DNA of 64,000 nucleotides from an uncultured bacterium (GCA_963722385.1 CAVRKK010000001.1:256001-320000); one strand, 5' to 3'; shown: positions 20,228-31,677, counted from the first letter of the stretch. The notes: a model not told the origin generated them from the sequence alone. Numbers and translations are program-made.

Positions 20228-22033
20228 CTATATACTTGGAGTGCTGGATTCTCCAATTATTTTAAACACCGCATTTTTATCTTCGTTGGAGAGGAAAGGG
20301 ATACTCGAGCTAATGTATTCCCATAGCAAACCTCTGACCGAACTGTTAATATCGGATGGACTTAATTGTTTCATCATAAATGCAAGTTGCTTGTTTAATA
20401 GTTCTTTTGTTCTGTTCGTATGGGCTCCACCTAGCAATTGAGGTAATAGCCACACTTGCATATCATTATTGGCAAATGTCATAGAGAGAACGATAAAAAG
20501 GTATTGATCTTCGCTAAAAGAGTATTGCTTGTCGCTTAATGCGTGAAGTCTTTCAATTGCTTGGCAAATAAGCTCATACGTATTCGGGCTCATGGGTAAA
20601 ATAGTGAGCGCATTGGTAATAGAATGGCTTAATAAGGCAGGGTCCTGCTCTTGTGAGAGCTGGTTAGTGATAAATAGGTGGGCGCTTACTATATCTTTGA
20701 CTGCCAAAATATCAGGATGGTTTGCAGCTTCAAAAGCATGTGAAAGAGCTGAGTAAGTGATTGCAGAAATTAGCTTTTGTTTTTTTTGTACGTTAGTCTC
20801 TTGATAAAACTCGTATATAAATGATGGAATAAGTTCATGAGCGCCGTAGATACTTAGAAGATCAGTGATGATAGAAAAGTGCTGCTGATTGCTGTTTTGA
20901 GCTCGCTGCCATAGGTTGTTTAGCTTTAGAGAGCGAGGGATGGTGGTGTCGCCGAGGTATGCTGTCAGCTCAATTTCTAGTGAGTTATATTCTTGGGAGA
21001 TATCAGTTTTTTGCTTAAGAGTTGTAGAATTAGGCCGATGAAAGAGAAACTCGTGGAAGGTAGATCGTGGTAATATTGGGGTTGGTGGATTAACTATATG
21101 TACATCAAATCCTTTAAGGTAGCAAAAATTAACAAAGGTATCACAGCGAAACATTCCTCGAATTATCCCTCTTTCGAGTATTAATCGATGTTGGGATTCA
21201 TCATAAACGGGTCTTAAGGTATAGCGACCTTCTCTCCATTGAGCAGTTAGCGTATATTCTGGGTCGAACTGTATTTGATTTACACCTGCTTGGAAAGCGC
21301 TGGTTGCTTTATTAGCCTCAATCATTTCTAATGATTCAAGACCATATACTGCTCCCCAGTAAGGGCTTCGGGTTTTAAAAGTGGTTAATGGATTAAGTTG
21401 AATAACTGGTCTTTCATTTAATACCTCAAGTACAAAGGCTGTTTGGTCAGTTTGGTTACTCTTAATTAATCCCGTATGGCCAAGCCAGCCTAACCCGGGA
21501 TAATCTAAATTTCTTCCTACAACGTCTGCCATGCATACTCCAGGTTCAGTTGAGCAAAAACGCCCGTATTCAGAGTTTTTGATGGCCGTGTTCCTTGGGC
21601 AGCGATAGGTGGGCTTGGTAAAGAGAACAGCTGAATCAATAATTTGGTTGTTATTATCTTGACAGTAAAAATTCCACATCTCTACTTTTGGAGCGTCATT
21701 GGGCTTTGATACTTCATAGTAGTCGCCGTTGGATGTTGGAAAATCATCCGGTACCATTTGTGGTATTGTAATCGGAGGTTGATTTAGCCAACGACAGCTG
21801 TCATGTTGAGGCAAATTTGCAGCAAACTCTTCAATAAGAGAATCCTTGCTAATAGCTTTAAAATGATAGTTAAATTGAGGAATATAACAACTATTAAATG
21901 TAGGGTTGCCTTCAGTGCTGTCATACCATTGATTGGCAAATTCAGGCAAGAGCTTTTGGCTCAATAAGTGAAAAGGTGCTATAAGAACTAAAAGAAATAG
22001 CAAAGTAACTCTTGCCGAATAGATACATTTCAT
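20228..22033 (-). CDS. secreted protein with permuted NlpC/P60-like (papain-fold) domain
   Basis: Signal peptide; ADVVGR...GHTGL (His) precedes FRCDTFVNFCY (Cys); helical C-terminal half. Confidence 0.6.
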   Translation of the reverse strand: MKCIYSARVTLLFLLVLIAPFHLLSQKLLPEFANQWYDSTEGNPTFNSCYIPQFNYHFKAISKDSLIEEFAANLPQHDSCRWLNQPPITIPQMVPDDFPTSNGDYYEVSKPNDAPKVEMWNFYCQDNNNQIIDSAVLFTKPTYRCPRNTAIKNSEYGRFCSTEPGVCMADVVGRNLDYPGLGWLGHTGLIKSNQTDQTAFVLEVLNERPVIQLNPLTTFKTRSPYWGAVYGLESLEMIEANKATSAFQAGVNQIQFDPEYTLTAQWREGRYTLRPVYDESQHRLILERGIIRGMFRCDTFVNFCYLKGFDVHIVNPPTPILPRSTFHEFLFHRPNSTTLKQKTDISQEYNSLEIELTAYLGDTTIPRSLKLNNLWQRAQNSNQQHFSIITDLLSIYGAHELIPSFIYEFYQETNVQKKQKLISAITYSALSHAFEAANHPDILAVKDIVSAHLFITNQLSQEQDPALLSHSITNALTILPMSPNTYELICQAIERLHALSDKQYSFSEDQYLFIVLSMTFANNDMQVWLLPQLLGGAHTNRTKELLNKQLAFMMKQLSPSDINSSVRGLLWEYISSSIPFLSNEDKNAVFKIIGESSTPSI

Positions 22034-22158
22034 AAATAAGCTCCTTGCTCAGGTTATCTCATAATTTTAGTTTTGAGCTGGTTGATTTGTTCTTAATTCA
22101 CTGTTTTTCCCCAGCGGATTTTCACTATTGACTGATTATATCTCAGATAAAAAAGATC

Positions 22159-22201
22159 GGCAATTCATCTCGCCACCCATAGAGGTGGGAGAATTCTTGC
22201 C
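22159..22201. repeat. isolated IS200/IS605-end-like or REP-like hairpin
   Basis: GGCAATTCATCTCGCCACC-CATAGA-GGTGGGAGAATTCTTGCC imperfect palindrome; no transposase nearby. Confidence 0.5.
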
Positions 22202-22529
22202 AATTTTCAGTTAAAAAAGAGGCACAGCTCTAGATTAACGTATATTCCTTGCCAGTATCCCCCACAACAGGATCGCAAAGATAAGGAATAACAGAGGAAT
22301 ACCGCTGTAACTTCTTGTATCAAATTTCTTACAACGAACAACATCTACGCTGCCGAGAAAACCTGTTAGAATACCATTGCATGTAGCTAAAAGACCTAAA
22401 CGCTTAATCATATTTTTATTGCTTGTCAATGTAATGGTTTGGGACAAACATACCTATCATGCTTATTTAGTAGGACATGATTCAGATAGTGCTTTCTTGC
22501 CGGCAAACCGAAAGCTGGCGGCACATAAA

Positions 22530-23151
22530 AAAACAAGAGGGTACTCCTGCTTGTAAGAAAGTACTTGCAAGCAGGAGTAATGAAGAATGGCGTGTGTGTA
22601 AGGACAGAAAAAGGGACACCACAAGGAGGCCCACTATCACCGTTATTAGCAAACATCATGCTAGACGATATCGACAAGGAACTAGAAAAGAGAGGGCACA
22701 AGTTCTGCAGATATGCAGACGACTGCAACATCTATGTGAACAGTATTGCAGCTGGAGAACGGGTGATGGAGTCGGTAACAACATTCCTAGAAAAGAAGCT
22801 GCGCCTTAAAGCAAACAAGGCAAAGAGCGCGGTGGCTCCCCGTAGTGAACCGAACTTTCTTGGGATGCCGGCTAACCAACTATGGGCTAACTATAGCGTT
22901 CGAAAGCGTAATGCGAATCAAAAACACCATAAGGATGATAATAAGAAGAAATAGAGGCTGCAGCCTGGAACAAGTCAGGGAAGGTTGGGTACGATATTTA
23001 AGTTAGCTCGATGCAAAACATATTGCAGGAACTTGACCAATGGATAAGGCGCAAACTAAGGCGGATAAGAATCAAACAGCTGAAGAGAAGATACACCATA
23101 GCAAAAACACTAATCAGCATGGGGGTAAAAGAATACCAGGCGTGGATACTT
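22530..23151 (+). pseudogene. ltrA: group II intron reverse transcriptase/maturase remnant
   Basis: KRVLLLVRKYLQAGVM, GTPQGGPLSPLLANI, RYADD. Frameshifted domain X: GWVRY..., LQELDQWIRRKLRRIRIKQLK. Confidence 0.9.
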
Positions 23152-23412
23152 ACCGAAAATTGGAAACCGATAATTTTAAACGGGATATAATATAAATTGG
23201 AAGTGATCAAAAATAAGCACAAAATAATGAAGATAGAGGCTCACAAGTTTTACCTTGCGTCTTTAATTAACTGGTTATTTAGACCTACTAACCAAAGCAA
23301 GCTTCAAACTACTCCTCTATCTCTAGTTAATAGATTATCATAAAAATTTCAGTTTGTCAAGTTGAAATTATTGCCTCGAGTTTACTTCCCGGTCAGCCAA
23401 AAAAAAACTAGC

Positions 23413-23955
23413 TCAAGCACTAAGTCTATCTCTATATTTTATATCTTCTTCGAGAATAAACCGACCCAAAAGATAATGCTTAAAATCTTTTTTACGCAAG
23501 AGCAAGGTTCCGTAGCCAGTTTTTAAAGGCCTCAAGCTGAGACCAACAAGCAGATGCTGCATTTCTTTTTTAATGGTATCAATATTCTCGATAGACGTGG
23601 CCATTAATTCTACTTCAAGAAAAGTACCTAAATCAGCAACCTCATCTATTCCAAGGGTGAAGTGCTGTGCTGCATAAGAGATTCTTCTCTTGTCAACCAC
23701 ATAATGAACAGTAAAATTATTCACGCGTTGTAGCTCGGAAAGATCGGCAACGCAGATTTGATGTAAACCAAGGCTCAGGAGAAGCTCATTAATTTTTTGA
23801 AGATCAGCATCTAGAAGCGGCAGAGAAAAACTATGCTCTTCACAGTAATCCTGAATAGCAAGATGGGGATTACTTAAGCAAGCACGATTAAATTTAAATT
23901 CCAGCTTCTTGTCGTTGCGCCTGCTGAACCGCCGATGCGTTTTCATATCTCCCAA
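23413..23955 (-). pseudogene. N-terminally truncated CYTH-domain (class IV adenylate cyclase-like) protein
   Basis: VDKRR..Y, IDEVADLGTFLEVEL and a terminal GY motif; the N-terminal ExExK motif is absent. Confidence 0.65.
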
Positions 23956-24446
23956 GCGTTACTTTCCCTGGCTCCCAGGGTAGATGCTCATATTTTATCA
24001 ACTTGCAAGAACAATGCAAGAACGACTTTAAGTCATTCTTACACAAATTTGAAGGCCCGTATATCCCAGCCTTAAAAGTGCTGGGTTTTACGGCCTTTTT
24101 TATAAAGCGTCCCGAGAGCTTCGTCAAACAATGATCAATAAAGCTGAAATTCTTCTTTAGAAGGCTCGCTGTTGCCGCGATCGCCCCCCAATAGAAGCAG
24201 ATGTTGTATAAGGGCATTTCGAAATCGCCGCCCCTAAACATCCGTGTTGTAAAATGAGCGTCATAATAGAACAATAGTAGAGGTATTTCATGACTTTATC
24301 CTTTAAAATCTAATATTATTATTTTTCTTAAGCGTATATTTTATTTAAATTTATATAATTCAATGCATATAAGTCAATAATTTTTACCAGGAGATCGCAG
24401 TGCTCGATCCGTATTCTAAGAAAACGATATAGACTCAAATACTTTC

Positions 24447-25340
24447 TCAGTAAATAATTGTGCTTATTTTTGAAAGCTGCTGCGCTTCTTCATAGGTAAT
24501 TACGCGATTATGCTTCTTGATATGGTCTAATTGAAATCGCATTATGATCGCATCAACGTCTGGCACCTGAAATTCGGCTGCTCGATAAATATATCCCTGA
24601 AATGGTATCCGTTTATGTTTCATTGCGAGAGCAACTGATTGAACAAATTCAGGTCTATCATCAACAAAAATAACGTTGTCTGGTGTATGGCCTATGTGGT
24701 CAAGAAATGCTGCAAGTACTACACCTTTTGGATATGATGACGAACATAAAATCCCCTTATAAAAGACAGGGATACCTCGAGGCGGAGCAGGAAATTTATC
24801 AAATCGTATAGATTGTTCAGGAAAGCTTTTGCTCAAATCTATACCAAGCCTTTGTAGTCTCTCATAACGCCATTCTTCAAAGCGCGGTACGCGCCCACCC
24901 CATACCGGCCCCGTGCCCTGTGCCGTAAGAGCAATAACTTTTATACCACTTTGACATAATCTATTGATGGTATCAACCATTGATTGCTCAACTGCCCGGT
25001 ATGATACCTTGGTATATATTTCAGCACTTATGGCCTCACTATAGTCTAAAGGATCCTCTTTTGTTGCTGCATGGCGAATAAACTCAGCTTGAATTTCTTT
25101 AACAACCGAATGGTTTTGGAGCGCAGCAAAGAGGTAAGGGTCGGTTGGCACAAGTATTGTTTCATCGCAATCAAATATTACTAATGTTGAAGGGTCTACG
25201 CGCTCTATCAAATCCTTAATTTCGTTAAATGAGTTAATCTCCTGTATCGATGAAAACGCTTTCTGTCCCAAAAATAAGAGCACAGCTCCCATAACCAAAC
25301 TCAAAATATGCTGCTGCATTGTGATTCTTTTATTTATCAT
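24447..25340 (-). CDS. DUF2608-like secreted HAD-fold protein
   Basis: Signal peptide; LVIFDCDETIL, ALTA, KG, IFVDD motifs. Confidence 0.8.
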   Translation of the reverse strand: MINKRITMQQHILSLVMGAVLLFLGQKAFSSIQEINSFNEIKDLIERVDPSTLVIFDCDETILVPTDPYLFAALQNHSVVKEIQAEFIRHAATKEDPLDYSEAISAEIYTKVSYRAVEQSMVDTINRLCQSGIKVIALTAQGTGPVWGGRVPRFEEWRYERLQRLGIDLSKSFPEQSIRFDKFPAPPRGIPVFYKGILCSSSYPKGVVLAAFLDHIGHTPDNVIFVDDRPEFVQSVALAMKHKRIPFQGYIYRAAEFQVPDVDAIIMRFQLDHIKKHNRVITYEEAQQLSKISTIIY

Positions 25341-25498
25341 ACTCGCCCTTAATCCAAACTTTAACAGTTATATATTCTAGCAAAGGAAGCCTACCGCCGT
25401 AAATAATTTTGAACAACGAATTCTCACCACCATAACTCTTGCCTACCTTACGCGCGCTCATTTAGATTGGTATAGATGTATTCAACGAAAGCGCTACC

Positions 25499-26167
25499 AT
25501 GGTATTCACAAAAACTGAGGTTCGTATCCCCATCAACAGTTCGTTTATATATGGTGATTTAAGCCTAGCCACCTCTACCAAAGGCATTATCATTTTTGCT
25601 CATGGAAGCGGCAGTAGTCGGCTGAGCACAAGAAACCAGTTCGTAGCGGACATTTTGCAACAAGCAGGCTTTTCTACCTTTTTATTTGATTTGCTTACAA
25701 AAGATGAAGAACATATTGATATATATACTCGGGAATTTAGATTTAATATACCGTTATTGGCAGAGCGACTTGTAGAGGTAACTCAATGGATTCGGACACG
25801 CGAAGATTTGTCAGTGCTACCCCTCGGGTATTTTGGTGCAAGCACCGGTGCCGCAGCGGCTTTAATTGCGGCCGCCCTCTTTGCTCACAAAGTAACTGCC
25901 ATTGTTTCTCGTGGTGGCAGGCCTGATCTGGCAGGTAGCTATTTACCGCAAGTTAAAGCTGCTACCCTGTTAATTGTTGGGCAACTTGATAGTGAAGTCA
26001 TTGCTTTAAATAAACAGGCCTATAACCAATTAACCTGCAAAAAAGAACTAGCGATCGTATCCGGCGCAACCCACTTGTTCGAGGAAGAGGGAACTCTGGA
26101 AGAAGCTGCCCGCCTTACAAAAGAATGGTTTGCTCGCTATATGGAGCCTAAGCGATATATTTCATAA
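25499..26167 (+). CDS. dienelactone-hydrolase-like alpha/beta hydrolase
   Basis: FAHGSGSSR, GYFGASTG, VSRGGRPDLAG, GATHLFEE. Confidence 0.9.
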   Translation: MVFTKTEVRIPINSSFIYGDLSLATSTKGIIIFAHGSGSSRLSTRNQFVADILQQAGFSTFLFDLLTKDEEHIDIYTREFRFNIPLLAERLVEVTQWIRTREDLSVLPLGYFGASTGAAAALIAAALFAHKVTAIVSRGGRPDLAGSYLPQVKAATLLIVGQLDSEVIALNKQAYNQLTCKKELAIVSGATHLFEEEGTLEEAARLTKEWFARYMEPKRYIS

Positions 26168-26703
26168 GTCACGCATAGCCATTTATTAAACTTACGTTGA
26201 ACCGAGGCATCGCAGGGAGGTAATTCCTCATGCTCTTTACCAAACCATTTGAGTTCTTTCGACTCGTTATTACCAATAGGCTGTTCATCCCTGGTAACAT
26301 GTAACAAAAAACCAATATCGTAATGGTAATGTTCTTTTTCACGCGAATTAGCAGGAATAAGGTGAATATCAATGTCAAAAATGCCACTGCTCATGGGAAC
26401 AATAGCGTTTATGCCTGACTCTTCTTGTGCCTCTCTCGTGGCGACACGCAAAACATCTGGATCACCATCACAATGCCCTCCTGGCTGTAGCCATTTATCA
26501 AGCCGGGCATGATGCATCAAAAGAGCCTTCGTTTTATCTTTGCTTAAAAGCCATGCTGAAGCCGTAACATGGCCTATCGGTAGCGATCTCTCAAAGCATT
26601 CTTCGTGTGTCTCAATAAATGAAATTATGCGATCTTTGGTGAGAATTTCTTCAGATGACGGCGTATATGCCTGTAGCATCTTCATAAGCGTATATCTATG
26701 CAT
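26137..26703 (-). CDS. NUDIX hydrolase
   Basis: GHVTASA, WLQPGGHCDGD...ATREAQEESG Nudix box. Confidence 0.9.
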   Translation of the reverse strand: MHRYTLMKMLQAYTPSSEEILTKDRIISFIETHEECFERSLPIGHVTASAWLLSKDKTKALLMHHARLDKWLQPGGHCDGDPDVLRVATREAQEESGINAIVPMSSGIFDIDIHLIPANSREKEHYHYDIGFLLHVTRDEQPIGNNESKELKWFGKEHEELPPCDASVQRKFNKWLCVTYEIYRLGSI

Positions 26704-26714
26704 AGTTCCACCTG

Positions 26715-27629
26715 TTAAAAATTTAGGTCCCATGTTACCCAAAAAGCAGTGATATTTTTATAGCCTTCCTTCTGTGGCTTATGATCAAAGCCCTCAGAAA
26801 AGCCCAAAGCAATCGAATTTGGAAGGTCATAGAGTGAAAAACAATACTTATATGTCCCGTAAAAAGTACTTCGTATATATGGTATATTTTTTACCACGTT
26901 AGCAATACGCGGGGATATCTTCGTTCCCCATAGAAAAGTTGGGTTATAACCAGCCTCAAATCTATGATCACCCCAGGTAGTATGATGTGCAATAAATAAG
27001 TCGGCAAGGTTGCCAAAATCAAAATCATACTGGTGTACTTGGTCATCATTTTTAAAAGGCGTCTTTCGCGGGAAAAAATGAATAACCCGAGCAGCCGTTC
27101 TCATTGAATGTTTCTGGTTTCGGTTCTGCAAATACTCGAAGGCGCCATCTGCCTGTATTCCCAATCCAACATGACCATACCCGAACTGGAAGTTTTCGAG
27201 ACTCAAGTCTCTATGAGTCGGAATACCGAGCAACCCTGAAAGAGTTACTATCATTCCCTCCTGCAAAGAATGTGTGTAGCCGGCTGAAAAAAGCAAATCA
27301 TCTGTTTGCGTTTGTGCAAAGTGAACACCTTGCTTATCTTGAGTGATGCGCGCTACAGCAAAATCAGCACGAACATAAAAAGTTTTTGCCGAATAAATAA
27401 AGTTACTTAAATTGGCTGCAACGGACTGGCGCGTACCATCGCGTTTATGCCGAAGTTGACCAAGGGGCGTATCAGCAATCAAAATAGGATAAATATAGTG
27501 GCTGTCTAGCCTGTAATGTTTTGTCGTTTCTGCTATGCGAAGGTTATAGACAACTGACACACTATCATAGCTTTTTTGCCCAATAAGGAGACAACACATA
27601 AGGATGATGATATGTGTTTTTACCTGCAT
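26715..27629 (-). CDS. probable outer-membrane beta-barrel protein
   Basis: Signal peptide, alternating aromatic strands, C-terminal WDLNF. Confidence 0.6.
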   Translation of the reverse strand: MQVKTHIIILMCCLLIGQKSYDSVSVVYNLRIAETTKHYRLDSHYIYPILIADTPLGQLRHKRDGTRQSVAANLSNFIYSAKTFYVRADFAVARITQDKQGVHFAQTQTDDLLFSAGYTHSLQEGMIVTLSGLLGIPTHRDLSLENFQFGYGHVGLGIQADGAFEYLQNRNQKHSMRTAARVIHFFPRKTPFKNDDQVHQYDFDFGNLADLFIAHHTTWGDHRFEAGYNPTFLWGTKISPRIANVVKNIPYIRSTFYGTYKYCFSLYDLPNSIALGFSEGFDHKPQKEGYKNITAFWVTWDLNF

Positions 27630-27968
27630 ATAATCAAGCTGCCAATTGTTTTTGTTTTGTGCTCACGATATTTCTCAAGATACCTTGAGTATACACTCTT
27701 TAGGCAAGTTTACCATAGTCATCGAGTAAGTCCCTCTAGCGAAATATATTACAATCTTCGATGTAAGTATGGAATTTTGTATGAGAAATCAAATTACGAT
27801 GCTATGATGCCCCTCTTACACCTAAACAAAGCACTCTTGCTACTATTGGCTTTACTGTTAAGCGTAAACATGGCAAAGCGATAATGCTCGCTTGATCAGT
27901 TTAACCGCCAGTTTCTTGAGGCATTTTTTTAGAAACCTTTACAGAACTTCGAGGCGGGCGCTTTGCTT

Positions 27969-28355
27969 TCAGTAACTCGCGTTTACCTTTTCTCGCTTAG
28001 GCAGTATTTCTAAATGGATAGAACTCCCTGAAGTACGTTTATTTGCAATAGTAATCTCTGCGGTTTTTTCCCACTCGGCTATCATAACAGGGCTTGCTAA
28101 AATAAAGTGCCCTTCTTTCTCCACCTTAATTACAAGGGCTTCAATTTCAACAGCACTTTCATCCTGCTCACGTATTACGAGATCGAGAAGATACCCATTT
28201 GTTGTAGCAAAGCCAAATCGTTGGCCGTCAATAAACTCAACGCTTTCGTTAATAAGCGTTTTGCCATCAATACCAAAAGTAACAAAGAGGCTGCTGGCTT
28301 GTGAGCCGGCAGACACCAATAATATGCTCGCTAGAATTGACTTAAAAATTTTCAT
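27969..28355 (-). CDS. small secreted hypothetical protein
   Basis: GGAG SD; MKIFKSILASILLVSAGSQA signal peptide. Confidence 0.7.
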   Translation of the reverse strand: MKIFKSILASILLVSAGSQASSLFVTFGIDGKTLINESVEFIDGQRFGFATTNGYLLDLVIREQDESAVEIEALVIKVEKEGHFILASPVMIAEWEKTAEITIANKRTSGSSIHLEILPKREKVNASY

Positions 28356-28606
28356 AATTCTCCAGAGATAAATTAGGCACAACTAGCAAAAACGTACCAA
28401 TTTATTTTAAGCATGTCTACGAAATAATAGGTGAAAAAGTACACCTGCGCATGCATCTTTAAAGAGCCGCATCAAAATCACGATGAAAGCGCTAAAATGG
28501 AGTAAGGCAGCTTAATGTTTTTGGGCAAATAATTTAACTAATTATTCAAACGTCATTTTTAAATTGGCCTAATAACTCTAGCAAGCATGAAGCTTCTATA
28601 AGTGTT

Positions 28607-29953
28607 TTATGATTTAGCTCCTGCTTCTCGTAAAGGCTGGAGGAGCATTGCCATGATTATGGCAAATAGTTCTGGGAAAAGGCGTTGCAACTGAGCAGTA
28701 ATTTGGCTGGCATCAAGACCGAGCACGTTGGGGCTTAGTAGGCGTTCAGCACCTATAGAGTATATGTCGTTAACTAATACTTGTAATTCCTCTTGTTCTT
28801 CAATGGCTTTCAACCGCGCAACAGATTCTTCAGCTGATCTGGGTTGTTGATTGATGATATGCTCTAGAGCGCTTAAGCGACGATTGAGGGAATGCGTGAG
28901 GGCGGTAAGGTTGACCGCTATATTTTCATCAAGAGCAGTACTGAGGAGCCAACGCACTTGGTTGTAGCGACGTTGAGCGAGTGCGTAAGCAAGAGCCCTG
29001 TCGAAAATGCCAGTCCTATCAAAATCTATGTTCTGAGAAACGTCTTTCACAGCATCATACACATTTTGCATCGCTTTGATATTGCCTACAAGGGCAGCTC
29101 GAGCGAAGCCAGCAGGAAGGTTAACTATATGAGTAAAATTACCGAGTATAAAATTGAAAACATTATAATTGCGCTGAGCAATAGCAAGGAAAAATGCTTG
29201 CCGAAGAAGTTGCTTATCTTCCTCACTGAGCTTATGATGGTGAGCTTTTTGTAGTAATTCCTCTAAGAGCCGTAAAGCCTCTTTATTTCTCCTCGCTGTT
29301 ATATAGGAAAGCAGCAATTTTTCATCTGTATAAGCTCTCATTGCAAGAATCAGGCGGGAGCTCGCGGTAGGGGTGAATCCATGTTCAAATAGCCATCGCA
29401 ATACCTCTAAGGGATACGTACCTACTTTTAGATAAGGAAGGTTGAGTTGAGCACCAAGCATCATAAATTGGGCAAGCTCAAGAGGTTGAATTGCGAGTCC
29501 TAAATTAGATTTAATAAAGACAAAAATGGCTGTGTCGCCTAAGTGAAAAGGATGGTTTATTGTAGAAGGGGAAGGGGCATTAATATCAGCACCATAATCT
29601 ACCAACAGTTCGATAAGTTCTAAAGCGTCAGGCATGGTTGCCGCTAAAATAATTGCCGGAAAACTTCCTGTTTCATGAGGTAAGGCACCATGAGCATTAG
29701 CCCGAGCGCCCTTTGCGAGAGCTTCTTTAGTAGTTTCTATGTCATTGGCTAAAATAGCGCTGATCAGCATATGGTCAAGCCTTTGCTGTTCTTCAGACCT
29801 TTCTTCAGAAATTATTACCCAAGAAGCCGGAGAGGCTTTAGGCTCGCCAGGGGCCTCTCCGGAAGGTTGATTATTCTGCTTCTCCATGGTATTGATGCCA
29901 GCGCTTGAGAATATTCCAAAGATAATTAATATAAAAATAGTATAAGTCTTCAT
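28607..29953 (-). CDS. secreted ankyrin-repeat protein with C-terminal F-box-like motif
   Basis: Signal peptide + MEK; ELIELLVDYGADIN; C-terminal LQRLFPELFAII. Confidence 0.8.
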   Translation of the reverse strand: MKTYTIFILIIFGIFSSAGINTMEKQNNQPSGEAPGEPKASPASWVIISEERSEEQQRLDHMLISAILANDIETTKEALAKGARANAHGALPHETGSFPAIILAATMPDALELIELLVDYGADINAPSPSTINHPFHLGDTAIFVFIKSNLGLAIQPLELAQFMMLGAQLNLPYLKVGTYPLEVLRWLFEHGFTPTASSRLILAMRAYTDEKLLLSYITARRNKEALRLLEELLQKAHHHKLSEEDKQLLRQAFFLAIAQRNYNVFNFILGNFTHIVNLPAGFARAALVGNIKAMQNVYDAVKDVSQNIDFDRTGIFDRALAYALAQRRYNQVRWLLSTALDENIAVNLTALTHSLNRRLSALEHIINQQPRSAEESVARLKAIEEQEELQVLVNDIYSIGAERLLSPNVLGLDASQITAQLQRLFPELFAIIMAMLLQPLREAGAKS

Positions 29954-30098
29954 TATAATGATCCTAATTATTTTATTTATTTTAATAATAATAAATTTTA
30001 AATTAAAAAATCAATATATTTATTACTGAAAATTTTATAAGGTTTTTACCAAGGGGTGCAAAATTTGCACTTCTATAAGTAGTTCATAGGCTATTGTT

Positions 30099-31057
30099 TC
30101 ATTTAGCTTCTGGCTGGCGTCGTAGATGCTGGAGTAAAGGGGCCATGATTATGGCAAGCAGTTCTGGAGGTAGGCGTGGTATCTGAGCAGTAATTTGGCC
30201 GATATCAAGACCGAGCACGTTAGGACTTAATAATCGCTCAGCGCCTACGTTACGTATATCTCTCAAGAGGGCATTTAACTCTTCTCGTTCATAAAGGGGG
30301 TTGCTTATTTCATCCTCATTTTTATAAAAAGGGACTAATTGCTTCAGTCGAGCTTTTATGTCAGTTAATTGTTCATCTAAGGCATTTAATTCATTTTGTT
30401 CGTTTTCAGGCTGACCAGAGGTTTGCAAGCGATTTATGACTTGGGATCGCTGAATCATTAATTCTTCTTTTTGCTCAAATAAGATGGTTAGTTCATCTTG
30501 CTCTTCTTCTGATAGGGGTGAGGTAGCAAAATGATTAATGGCTATATTGTCATTAAAAGCAGTATTGAAAATCCAGCGTATGGCATCCATATGTCGCTGG
30601 GCGAAAGCGTAGGCAATCGCTCTGTCGAAGATATCGTCCCAGTTTACATGAGGTGCATCATGGTAAATAGTTTCCATAGCATGGATATTGCCCACAAGCA
30701 CTGCACGTGCAAACGCTGGAGCAAGGTTAAGTCGATCAGCAAAATGATTGAATATAAAATCGAAAATAACGTCATTCTGCTGTGCAATAGCAAGTAAGAA
30801 TGCTTGCTGAAGAAGCAGTATACCATCTTTGGCAAGCTCATTATTTTCTGCTTTTTGATGCAGCTGCTCGAGAATAGATAATGCGTTTTTAGTCCAAAGA
30901 ACTGATAAAGCTTTTTTCTTATTGGTTACTATATAATTGCGTAGATCGTTGTTCGGATAAACGTTTTGTAATATTAGACTATGTTGGATTAATCCATGCT
31001 CTAACAACCATTGCAGCACCTTGTGGGAATAATTTCTCCAATTTAAAGGAAGGAGAC
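30099..31057 (-). pseudogene. N-terminally truncated paralog of 28607-29953
   Basis: Shares QAFxLAIAQ, FARAxLVGNI, GAERLLSPNVLGLD, LPPELLAII. No signal peptide; the frame is open back only to the stop of the upstream DUF1761 gene. Confidence 0.7.
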
Positions 31058-31477
31058 TTACCTCCAGATACCCAAGATTGCACCTGCAGCTAAAAGAGTT
31101 ACTAACATATTACCTATACCTAACCAAAACAAAGTCTTTTGGTTACACCATAATGCATCGCTTAATTTGATTGGTACAACAAACCCGATCCATACTAAGG
31201 AAGCTACCATCAGCCCACCATTAAAAGATACCATCCCCATATTTTTCATAAACACGGCCAATACGTAAACCATAGCCAAAGTGCCGAGGAATTGATAGAT
31301 GTATACCATTCCAAGGGTCTTCTTGAGCTCGGCTATTTGATCTGCGTTCATTGTATCCATGCCAACGGCACACATAAAGTGCTTCCCAAAAAACAGCCCG
31401 TACCATAACGCTCCAATGATCATAGCTACAATAGAAGCAGCTACTACCGGTAGCCAATGTACGCTCATAATCATCAT
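31058..31477 (-). CDS. DUF1761 family membrane protein
   Basis: WLPVVAA...IGALWYG.FFGK.FM and 4 TM segments. Confidence 0.8.
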   Translation of the reverse strand: MMIMSVHWLPVVAASIVAMIIGALWYGLFFGKHFMCAVGMDTMNADQIAELKKTLGMVYIYQFLGTLAMVYVLAVFMKNMGMVSFNGGLMVASLVWIGFVVPIKLSDALWCNQKTLFWLGIGNMLVTLLAAGAILGIWR

Positions 31478-31677
31478 TACTTCACCTTCTTGCTTTAGTT
31501 GAATCCTAAATACCAATTCATAATCCTTAAAAAGGGTAATCAGATTCTCCTAGGCTGTCAAGACATCCAATGGGTTTTGCATGCTAAGCATAGCAATCAC
31601 AGATTACCGCTATCAATGAGCCGAATGCTTGATTTTTTTTAAATAAATATTATATTTGCTAATAATTTATTAGGAAA

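Noticed and set aside
22565..22954. RT as a retron, DGR or defence RT diversifying the ankyrin genes
   Set aside because: The motifs and domain X are group II intron-type and fragmented; no TR/VR pair with adenine-specific differences seen.
23894..24291. ORF 23894-24274 as a real gene
   Set aside because: No motifs; an overlapping frame from 24291 gives a signal-peptide-like start that stops early, suggesting decay.
27576..27884. 102 aa plus-strand ORF
   Set aside because: Overlaps the start of 26715-27629, has no clear SD and no recognisable features.
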